From: a virus
Lineage: Duplodnaviria > Heunggongvirae > Uroviricota > Caudoviricetes
DNA: 53,370 nucleotides
Virus record (IMG/VR): IMGVR_UViG_3300029906_000160
Reading direction: 5' to 3' (one strand)
In this document: positions 12,386-21,319 of the stretch, piece after piece
Layout: every line of letters begins with the position of its first letter
Numbering within the stretch: position 1 is the stretch's first letter
The notes under the pieces: generated by a model
What the model was told of the DNA's origin: nothing
The model's input: the letters and a program-made list of their open reading frames with translations, nothing else
The model's database searches: none
Position numbers and translations under genes: made by a program

Positions 12386-12807
12386 TTCTTAGTTTTTTCT
12401 TATGTTTTACTGGAATAAATGCGCAAAATATCGATTCAGTAAAACATATGGTTGTTGTTACTGAACTACAAGATAGTATGGCTTTAATTAATAATGATGA
12501 TATAAATGTTATTAATAAAGTTTTTTATGAAAGGAATATTCTTGATAGTTTAAATATTATTAATGATACGATAATTAGAAATTTAAATCTTGTCAAAACT
12601 AAACAAGATACAATTATATTAAATCAACAAAAAATTATTCAAAATGACTCTTTAATTAAGCAAAATTATCAATTATCTATAGATCAACAAAATAAAATGA
12701 TTCAAGATAGTAAAGATGCTATTAAAAGTCAAAAAACTCAAAAAACAATATGGCAATCAGCTACAGGATTACTTGCAATTGTATTAGTTGTTGTATTGTT
12801 AATTTAG
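12367..12807 (+). CDS. Exported coiled-coil protein with C-terminal TM, spanin-like (146 aa)
   Basis: N-terminal signal peptide (…GINA-Q), coiled coil, C-terminal ATGLLAIVLVVVLLI. Confidence 0.6.
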   Translation: MKLLALILSFFLCFTGINAQNIDSVKHMVVVTELQDSMALINNDDINVINKVFYERNILDSLNIINDTIIRNLNLVKTKQDTIILNQQKIIQNDSLIKQNYQLSIDQQNKMIQDSKDAIKSQKTQKTIWQSATGLLAIVLVVVLLI

Positions 12808-12827
12808 ATAAATTTTTATAACTTTTA

Positions 12828-12859
12828 TTTGGATTTTTAAAAAATTATTTTTAGATTTG
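12828..12859 (+). promoter_or_regulatory. Bacteroidota primary-sigma promoter upstream of the capsid operon
   Basis: TTTG (12828-12831), 20-nt spacer, TAGATTTG (12852-12859), matching the -33 TTTG / -7 TAnnTTTG consensus. Confidence 0.75.
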
Positions 12860-12899
12860 CAACGTTTAATAGATATGAATTAATAAGAGAAAAAAGTTT

Positions 12900-14045
12900 A
12901 TGCCAGAAAACAAAAATTTAGAAATGTTTGATGATCTCTTAACTACAGAACGTGACGATTCGGTTCAGCCACAGCCTGGTGATCTTAGACCACTAGATCC
13001 AACGGATGATCCTATTCTTAATGATTTTGTAAACAGAGAGACAACTCAAGAAGGTGAAGAAGAACCACCACAGGATAATGATACTGGTAATGAAGAAGAT
13101 AAAACTCCTCCAGTTTCTAATTTCTTGTATGAATTCTTAAAAGAAAAAGGAATAGAAGATCCATCTAAGCTTCAATTTGAAAACGAAGATGGAGAAATTG
13201 AAGAAGTTGATTTTAATAGTCTAAGTGAAGAAGAAAAACTTAATATCATTAATAGTATTTCTGATCCTGGACTTAGTCAACACGAAACAGATGTTATTAA
13301 TTATCTAAGACAGAATAACGTTACTTTTAATCAGGTAATTGATTATTTCTCTAAGAAAGCTGTTGAAGATTATTTAGCACAAAATCCTGATCAAGCTCAT
13401 CAGAAAATATATACAATCGATGATTATACTGATGATGAACTTTATTTAGCCGATCTTAAGTCTAAATATCCAGAATTTACAGATGAAGAATTAACATCTA
13501 AATTAGAGAGTGCTAAATCAAATGAAACTTTATTCAAGAAAGAGGTTGACGCTCTTAGAGCAGATTATAAGAAACAAGAAGATGCTGAAATAGAAGCACA
13601 GAAACAGAAAGAGCAGCAAGATTATGATGATTTAGTTGGAAATTTACAGAATATTTTAAGTAATTTTAATGAAGTTGCTCTCGATTCAACTGATGCAGAA
13701 AGTGACGTTTTAGAAATAGAAGACTCAGATAAACAGCAAGTTTTAGCTTATTTGCTTAATCAAGATTCAGAAGGTAAAAGTCAATTGGTAAAAGATTTAG
13801 AAAATCCAGCTACATTGATTGAACTTGCTTGGTTAAGAACTCAAGGTAGAGCTTTAATAGATAATACAACAAGATATTGGAAAGATCTACTTAAACAAGA
13901 AAGAAAAGAAAAAGCTAAACTACAGAAAGAGCTTGAGTCTTATCAAAATAAAGGAAGCCAATCCGTAGTTGTTCCTAAACCTCCAAAGAAGGATGAAAAC
14001 TCCAACACGATTCCTACATTTGGTTCAGTTTGGGATAACATATAA
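12900..14045 (+). CDS. Acidic pre-capsid protein, probable scaffold (381 aa)
   Basis: Very acidic, coiled-coil rich, directly upstream of MCP; no TGA. Confidence 0.65.
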   Translation: MPENKNLEMFDDLLTTERDDSVQPQPGDLRPLDPTDDPILNDFVNRETTQEGEEEPPQDNDTGNEEDKTPPVSNFLYEFLKEKGIEDPSKLQFENEDGEIEEVDFNSLSEEEKLNIINSISDPGLSQHETDVINYLRQNNVTFNQVIDYFSKKAVEDYLAQNPDQAHQKIYTIDDYTDDELYLADLKSKYPEFTDEELTSKLESAKSNETLFKKEVDALRADYKKQEDAEIEAQKQKEQQDYDDLVGNLQNILSNFNEVALDSTDAESDVLEIEDSDKQQVLAYLLNQDSEGKSQLVKDLENPATLIELAWLRTQGRALIDNTTRYWKDLLKQERKEKAKLQKELESYQNKGSQSVVVPKPPKKDENSNTIPTFGSVWDNI

Positions 14046-14085
14046 TATAAACTAATGTAAAATTTAATTAAATTAATTTAAAATT

Positions 14086-17000
14086 ATGAGAATATCAGGT
14101 TTTACAACTACTAGACCTAACATGCCGGATACGAGAACTTATGAGGATTAATTAAGGTCCACTATTAAAGTAATTTGATAGTAAACATCTCTTTAATTGC
14201 TGGAACATCTCAAAGTTGGATGAGACAATCAGCAGTCAAAATTTAAATATTATATTTAAATAAGATTCAACGACTATTCGTAAGAAGTAAAATTATTTAA
14301 AATTTGAAATAAGAGATAACTTTATAAGTTAATAATATAGTCTAACCTTTATAGTGATATAAAGAATTTAGTGTTTATGAAGTTCTTGGGTGAATTTGCG
14401 CCCCAATTATAATTAAACATTACAATTGAAAATCTTGTGAATTGCTGGAAGCTATATTTTGTATATTGTAATCAGCAACTAATCCAAATTTAAATTGGAA
14501 AGCTCAACGACTATTCGTAAGAAGTAAGTTAAGTTAACTGAAGCGCAAGACATTGATGATATAGTCTAATAGTATTGGCAAATCCAGCGAGGTTAGGTAT
14601 CGTATCAACTCTGTATGATCAGTATACTGCAACTCACCTTACCGAAGCTCTCATGAATACATATACTCTTGAGAAAGGTAAGAAGAATCAGTTCCAGAGA
14701 GTTGACTCATTCTTAATTGAATGGGATCTTAATATTAATCGTATTAAGAGAGTATATATGACAGCAGTTCCTGAAGGTGATGGAGCAATGGGTTCTGACA
14801 TCCTCTTCCATTTTGCGGAGAACTACTATCAGAAGTATGATACATTTATTATTGAAAGAACTCGTCAGCAAATCATGGTTATGAATCGTCCACAGAGAGT
14901 TCGCGATAACGATTGGTTGATCGTAGGTAAACTTTTGGATAATAGCTATGATTCAGTTCTTGATACTAGTGGTGCGTTCGTAGGCTCTGCTACACGTTTT
15001 ATAACCAACATTATGCCTGAAATGCATGAAGAGGGTCAAGTATGGCTCTCTATAAAGTTTTCTAATTGCTCGAAACCCGCTCTTCTGATATTCTAAGGGT
15101 AACAAGCAGCGAAGATTTAATTTAATCACGTTCAACGACTATTCGTAAGAAGTATATAATTTATTATAGAAATGGAAACTAATTTTAAATGACTCGTCTA
15201 TAAAACAACTAATAAGAAAAATGGTAAATATTATATTGGAATTTCATATGAAGATTCAAATAATATGGATAAAAACTTTTTGGGATCTGGGATATATAAA
15301 AATGATCCATATACTTATCAATATTCTAAAACTCCATTACAATGAGCAGTTAAAACAGACGGAATAAATAATTTTGATAGAATTATAATTGGAGAATATA
15401 TAGATTATTGAAACGCAATTATTGTATTTGAAAATTTGGTTAATAAGATAACTCTTCAAAATAGAAATATTTATAATAATTTTTTACGAGGAGATTGTCC
15501 ACCACTCATTAATATTTTTGATACTAATGGTGGAAATGTTCTTGAAAAAGAAAGATTAATGAGTAAAGAATATGAATTTTATTATATAGAATCGTGTTTT
15601 AGTGGAAATTCCTTTTTAGATCCAATTACTAATAAATATGTTTATGCTTTACCTTGAAATATTTCAAATAAAAATGGAGAAATTAAATATGATCATTGTA
15701 GAAAACAGTATATTCAAAATCGCCCTGTCTTTAAATATAACGGAAAAACTGGAGAATTTATAGAAGAATATAATACTCAGGTAGAAGCCGAAAAAGCTAA
15801 TAAATATAGTAATATAACTAAATCTATAAAACTTAAAACTCCAGATAAAAACGGATTTATATGAGCTATATTTAAAGCAGATTATTATAATATTCCAGAT
15901 GAAAAAACTATTAAACTTATTGAAAGACGTGAAAGAAATCAAGCTAAGTTTGCAGCATCAAAAGCTCGTAGACGGGAAAGACTTGGATTAAAGCCAAGAA
16001 AAATTAAAGAAATAGTCTAATTATTATAGAAATATAATATAGATAATTGTATACTAAATATCAGAGCAATACGGAGAAACACCGTACTTATATGGCGACG
16101 CATCGTGCTGATGTAGATATGTCTGCACAGTACAAACCAATGGAGGATGTATTTATCCAGATTGGTAAGGGTCAGAAAGACGATCCAGTTTATAAGATGA
16201 ATTCTGCTGAGAAAGATTGTCTCGACACATTCATGATGGCTCGTAACAATGACCTTGTATGGGGTAAGACGGACGTAGATGAGAATGGACGTCCTTGAAA
16301 ATCAATAAATTACAGGGACCTTATAGCGGTGACGTTATAAGTAAAATCAATCAAATTGCTGGGAAATCCTAAAGTTCTAATAGCTACAACACAATCTAAA
16401 TGATAAATGTGAACGCTTGAAAATATTAGAAATTGGACAATCAGCAGCAAAGGCTCCTTTTGAAGGAGAATGTTCAACGACTAAATGTTTGAAATCTTAT
16501 GTATAATTATATCGTATATAAAACAACGAATATAGTTAACAACTATATTTATATTGGAGTTCACAGAACTAATTTAAAAAAAGACGATGGATATATTGGT
16601 TGTGGTTTAAGTAAAGGAGATCATGTATTTAAACAATATAAATTCCACAACGCAGTAAAAAAATACGGAAGCCATAATTTTAAAAGAGAAACACTTTTTA
16701 TTTATCCGGATACTGAATTAGGAAAAAGAAAAGCATATAAAAAAGAGGCTGAACTTGTAAATAGAGAATTTCTTAAAAGAAGGGATGTTTATAATACTTG
16801 TTTAGGAGGAAAAGTTCCGTCTTCTATAAATGAAAAACAAATAAATCAATATGATTTAGATGGAAATTTTATTAAGACTTGAAATTCTATTAAAGAAGCG
16901 GAGCGAGAGTTAAATATTTCTGATTCTGGAATTCAATCAGCTTGCAAAAAAGAAAGTTATTGTTGTAATTTTCAATGAAGATTTTTTAATGGAGATACTT

Positions 17001-20000
17001 CTAATATATCTCCAATTCAAACGAAAGAAAAAACAGTTTACCAGTTTGATTTACAAGGAAATTACATAACTTATTATAAATCAGTTAAAGAAGCTGAAAA
17101 TAAAACTGGAATTTCTTCTACTGTTATTAGTAGAGTTTGTTTAGGAAATCAATGTCAAGCTGGAGGATATTATTGAAATTATAAAAAGCGTTTTGATTTT
17201 AGAGAAAAGAAACAAAAGGTAACAGCTGTAGCATGTTATACGGATGAAGGTAAATTTATAAAATCTTTTACTTCGATAACAGAAGCAGCTAAAGAATATA
17301 ATGTAGGAGTTCCATCTATACATAAAGCAATTAGTGGGCAACGAAAGCATTGCGCAAAACTCAGATGGAGATACTTTTATGGAAATACTGATAATATATC
17401 CGCATTATAAGATTAAGATATAGTCTGCTCTATATAGAAATATATAGCTAACATTAAGGAAACTTTATGATCCTGAAACCGGAAGACCTCATCAAGGGGT
17501 TGTGTATTGGTGACAATATATTAAAATCTTCAGAATTGTTGGAAAATCTATTATATAGATAATCAACAGCCAAGACTTATTTTTAAGTAAGGTTTAACGA
17601 CTATTCGTAAGAAGTACTAAATAGGAAGTAGAAGACATCTAAATTTAATTAGATGAAGATATAGTCTCATCTTTATAGTGATATAAAGCTAAGAATAATG
17701 CTTATTTCAGGTGATGGAGTAATCGCTCAAATTGAAAGGTTTGCTACGAAGATGGTGTTCAATCGTCTTAACCCTAAATACTTTAATCGTGCTCTTCAGA
17801 TAATGATTCAGAAGAGTGAAAAGCCTAGAATAATCCCGTGGGCTTTTAAAATTCATCAAAGTGCTGAAAAATCTTAATATTAGATAATTAGCAACCAATT
17901 TAATGGTTCAACGACTAGTGGTAACACGTACAACAATGGAAATGATGAATAGTTATAATAACTAATAATATAGTCTCATCTTAATAGTAATATTAAGCTA
18001 AGAATTAGTATTGACGGGCAATACCTACATGTTCCTCTGCAACACTTTAGGAAATTAGAGTGGGTAATTAGTAATAATTACAATAATTAATCTCTTGAAT
18101 TATTGGAAAGTCCAAATTAGATTGGATAATCAATAACTAAGACTTAATACTTGAAATTGTATTAAGTAAAGCTTAACGACTAGCCATAAGGCGTACATGA
18201 TTTAAATATATTGTGGAAGTGAGAGATATCTTATTAAAGATAATGATATAGTCTAGTCTTTATAGTAATATAAAGTATTTTGTCGTAATGTGGACAGAAA
18301 TCCAGGAGACAATGAGCGCTTGGATTCGTGACTGGAAGACAGTAGGAACATTTGTATTCTCAAAGGCAGCTAATGGTTACGTTAACATTGGCGCAACTTA
18401 TCAGTCTTATGAATTTGCAGGTAAGAAACAGTATTGCCTGCTATAATTAAAAAATTATATAAAAAGTTACTAAATTGCTAGAAACTCTTTAAGCTAGTTA
18501 AACTACAATGTTGGACGAAAGATAAAACATGAACGTTTAAAAATTAATTAGATTAGACAACTAGCAGCGAATCTCCTAAGTCAAATAAGATATGGAGAAC
18601 GTTCAAAGACTATGCGAAAGCAGTAATAATTAAAAAAGTAAACATCCTATGGAATTAAAATGAATTGTATATATAACAATTAATCAATGTAATGGAAAAT
18701 TTTACATTGGAGTACACGAAACAAACCCAAATGTATGGGACAATTACATCGGGGACGGAATTTATAAACAAAGCGATGCAAAAAAAGACTTTCCTTTTCA
18801 TAAAGCTGTAAGAAAATACGGTTATAAAAATTTTAAAAGAACTACATTAGTAATATTTCCAGGTACAGAAGAAGGAAAAAAACAAGCATTTGCATTAGAA
18901 ACGATTTTAGTTAATAAAGATCTTTTAAAATCAAAACAATGTTATAATGTTGCTTTAGGAGGTCATGGAGGAGTAAATCCAGATTTAATGAGAAGAATTT
19001 ATATATTCGATTTAAATGGAAATTATTTACGTAGCTTTGAAAAAGCAAGAGATGTTGCTAAGTTTATAAATCCAAATGCAGATGGAGATGAAGAATATAA
19101 TATTATAAAAGCGATCAGAAATAATTGTTTAGGAACATCTTCTAGTTGTCATGGTTATTATATGAGTTATAAAAAAGAATTTCAATATAATAACGAATGC
19201 ATAATTCCTATAGCACAATATACTTTATCTGGAAAATTTCTTAGATATTTTAAAAGTATTATTGAGGCTGAAGAAGAACTACATATTTCTAATATATGAC
19301 AAGCAATTAATAAAAAAGGAAGTTCGGGTGGATTTCAATGAAGATATTACACTGGAGATCAATCAGATATCAGCACTTTGATCAACATCAAAACCCGAAA
19401 TACACAACTTCCAATTATAATGATCGATAAAGATACAAAAGAAGAAACTAAATATAATTCGGTTTCTGATTGTATTAAAGAGAATCCCAATTTATCTGCT
19501 TCACAAATTAATCGTGTGCTTAAAAAAATAATCAAATCACATAAAGGATTTGAATTTAAATATCAGGATGAAGATATAGTCTAATCTTTATAGAAATATA
19601 AAGTATATACGAATACTGTTACATTTAAGATTGATAGATCATTTGATATTGAATATCCTAATAGGAAATACGGAATATTCCTTGATTTAACGGCTGATGC
19701 AGCTAGTGGTAAGCCTGCCGTTGAAGAATTTGCAGCGGCAGCATAGAGTGATCTATGTTTAAAAATCCTTTTAATTGCTGGAAAGCTAAGTCTATTTAGA
19801 TATGCTAATCAGCAGCTAATTTATAGTTCAACGACTAACCATACGGTGTAGATTTAATCGAAATAAAGGAAAACTAGAAATAGTTTGTGATATAGTCTGA
19901 ACAATATAGAAATATATTGATTAACAATAAATGTGCATTCTTTACGTTTAAAAATGGTGAATTTATCCACAACTTTATTAGAGGCGTTAACTAAGCTCCA

Positions 20001-20346
20001 AACCAGCGCCAAATTGTAGTAATACAGTTTTAAAAATTTATTGAATTGCTGGAAAATATTTAGATAATATAATCAGCAGCGAATAAAATCGTTCAACGAC
20101 TATCCTTACGGAGTACAATTTTAATTGGAAGTAATAAATAACCAATTCTGGTTAATGATATAGTCTAAAATAACACAAATTAAAAGTTATATTTGTGGTG
20201 GGGCAACAGGACTTCAACATGGCGAAGTAAGCTCACCAGTAGCAGCTTCTAAGCTCATAAACTGAGGTTATGCAGCTTGTGGAGTCTTCAATCCTTATCG
20301 TTCCGTAATTCTTATTTCAGAAGAAGTATCTAATTACTTATTCTAA
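14086..20346 (+). CDS. Major capsid protein, 11 exons, 475 aa spliced
   Basis: Exons 14086-14148, 14374-14391, 14578-15036, 16050-16295, 17460-17489, 17701-17826, 18014-18047, 18286-18422, 19612-19721, 19934-19987, 20196-20346 sum to 1428 nt. They give an open frame MRISGFTTTRPNMPDTRTYED|FMKFLG|ANPARLG...VFNPYRS...YLF resembling Crassvirales MCP. Confidence 0.85.
14149..14373 (+). mobile_element. Group I intron 1 (225 nt)
   Basis: 5' exon ends in U, intron ends in G; aattgctggaa, aatcagcag, ttcaacgacta, atatagtct core; IGS gtcc pairs with ggat. Confidence 0.85.
14392..14577 (+). mobile_element. Group I intron 2 (186 nt)
   Basis: Core motifs present; P10 atttgc pairs with the 3' exon gcaaat; terminal G. 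Confidence 0.85.
15037..16049 (+). mobile_element. Group I intron 3 (1013 nt) with homing endonuclease
   Basis: IGS gctctc pairs with gagggt; agtat pairs with the 3' exon; core motifs flank an ORF. Confidence 0.85.
15172..16020 (+). CDS. Intron-encoded GIY-YIG endonuclease (282 aa, TGA=Trp)
   Basis: METNFKWLVYKTTNKKNGKYYIG; open through TGAs to TAA 16018-16020, which overlaps the P7 3' strand. Confidence 0.8.
16296..17459 (+). mobile_element. Group I intron 4 (1164 nt) with homing endonuclease
   Basis: IGS gggac pairs with gtcct; extended P5 region; P8 arms aatcttat/ataagatt flank the ORF. Confidence 0.85.
16499..17410 (+). CDS. Intron-encoded GIY-YIG endonuclease with three NUMOD1-like repeats (303 aa)
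   Basis: IVYKTTNIVNNYIYIGVH; repeats of QYDLDGNFIKTWNSIKEA type; TAA 17408-17410. Confidence 0.85.
17490..17700 (+). mobile_element. Group I intron 5 (211 nt)
   Basis: IGS gggtt pairs with gacct; aattgttggaa / aatcaacag / tttaacgacta / aagatatagtct; terminal G. Confidence 0.85.
17827..18013 (+). mobile_element. Group I intron 6 (187 nt)
   Basis: IGS gggctt pairs with aagcct; P10 cccgt pairs with acggg; P3 attcatca/tgatgaat. Confidence 0.9.
18048..18285 (+). mobile_element. Group I intron 7 (238 nt, phase 1)
   Basis: IGS gagtg pairs with cactt; P10 atta/taat; the join gives CNT-L-MW. Confidence 0.75.
18423..19611 (+). mobile_element. Group I intron 8 (1189 nt) with homing endonuclease
   Basis: IGS gcctgc pairs with gcaggt; P10 cagtatt/aatactg; P8 catcct/aggatg. 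Confidence 0.9.
18649..19584 (+). CDS. Intron-encoded GIY-YIG endonuclease with NUMOD1-like repeats (311 aa)
   Basis: MELKWIVYITINQCNGKFYIGVH; track ORFs 18988 and 19378 are in this frame; ends QDEDIV-TAA across P7. Confidence 0.85.
19722..19933 (+). mobile_element. Group I intron 9 (212 nt, phase 2)
   Basis: IGS gcggc pairs with gccgt; P10 tgca/tgca; core motifs. Confidence 0.85.
19988..20195 (+). mobile_element. Group I intron 10 (208 nt, phase 2)
   Basis: IGS gcgcc pairs with ggcgt; P10 acca/tggt; core motifs. Confidence 0.85.
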
Positions 20347-20362
20347 AAACACATATAAAGTT

Positions 20363-20400
20363 CTCCCTCTTGAAATATAGAGGGAGTTAACTTTATTTTT
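20363..20400 (+). terminator. Hairpin / probable terminator after MCP
   Basis: ctccctct-tgaaatat-agagggag then ttaactttattttt. Confidence 0.6.
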
Positions 20401-20446
20401 ATTAGATTTATATATAATAGACACAGTTAATAAAAGTAAAAATACA

Positions 20447-21283
20447 ATGACAGATTATCTAGAAAATAAAATAATTACCTTACGTTCAGTTTTTGGTAAA
20501 TTCAAAGAGTATCATTTTCAACCATGTAAACAACGTAACGGTTTAAATCATCCATTTGTAAAGAAAGTTAGATATAATGCTGATGGTTCATCTGAAATGA
20601 TCTTATCCAACGAAGATCTTAACAATCCAGAATCACAGTATTTTATTCCAGAAGATATGGATATTGTAGTTACTGATGGTACTACATTTGATTTATCAGA
20701 TCCTCTTCAGCGTAATAAGTGGCTTGCTATTAAAGATTCAGATCTCATAGTACCTACACGTGACGCTAAAGACGAACATGGTAATTTAATTATAGATGGA
20801 GATAAACGTAGATATGGACTAGCTGAAATCTGGGTAGATGTACCTGGTGAGCAATCAGAAAAAGCAGTTAGTCGTAAGAAGCTTATCACTAAAGCTTGGA
20901 CTTTCATTGAGAATGATTCAGTTGAAGGTCGTTTAACTAAATGTAAGTTACTTGGACGAGTTATGCGTAATGCACCTGCATCTGATGTAATGGATTATCT
21001 TTATCAGAAAGCAGAAAAGAGTCCAGCAACAATTATTGAGCTCTATACTAGTAGCGATATGGCTCTAAAACTTCTTGTTATTGATGCAAAAGATCGTGGC
21101 AAGATTGTAAAAGTAAACGGAATGTGGATGTACGGCGATAACATTCTTGGCGCTACTGATGATGCCGTTATTCAGTTCTGTAAAACACCAGCAAATAAGA
21201 AAGTTCTTGATATGCTTAAAGCTGATGTTTATCCTGAATATGCAAGACAGACAGAGAATGAAGATTCTAAGTCTGCAAAGTAA
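20447..21283 (+). CDS. Conserved post-capsid virion/assembly protein (278 aa)
   Basis: Intact ORF, all 4 Trp are TGG; position directly after MCP. Confidence 0.7.
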   Translation: MTDYLENKIITLRSVFGKFKEYHFQPCKQRNGLNHPFVKKVRYNADGSSEMILSNEDLNNPESQYFIPEDMDIVVTDGTTFDLSDPLQRNKWLAIKDSDLIVPTRDAKDEHGNLIIDGDKRRYGLAEIWVDVPGEQSEKAVSRKKLITKAWTFIENDSVEGRLTKCKLLGRVMRNAPASDVMDYLYQKAEKSPATIIELYTSSDMALKLLVIDAKDRGKIVKVNGMWMYGDNILGATDDAVIQFCKTPANKKVLDMLKADVYPEYARQTENEDSKSAK

Positions 21284-21319
21284 TAGAAAATAATATAAAC
21301 TTTTAAATATAGACAGCCA

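Noticed and set aside
1784-12900. Fibre and membrane genes lying between portal and MCP as a novel rearrangement
   Set aside because: As I recall, similar order occurs in some characterised Crassvirales, and I cannot show novelty without comparison.
14575-16298. Track ORFs 14575 and 16047 as separate genes with TTG starts
   Set aside because: The TTG is the intron 3' end (terminal G); these are MCP exons 3 and 4.
14271-17617. Repeated 20-mer acgactattcgtaagaagta as a CRISPR-like array
   Set aside because: Irregular spacing; each copy lies at the P7/P7.1 position of a group I intron core.
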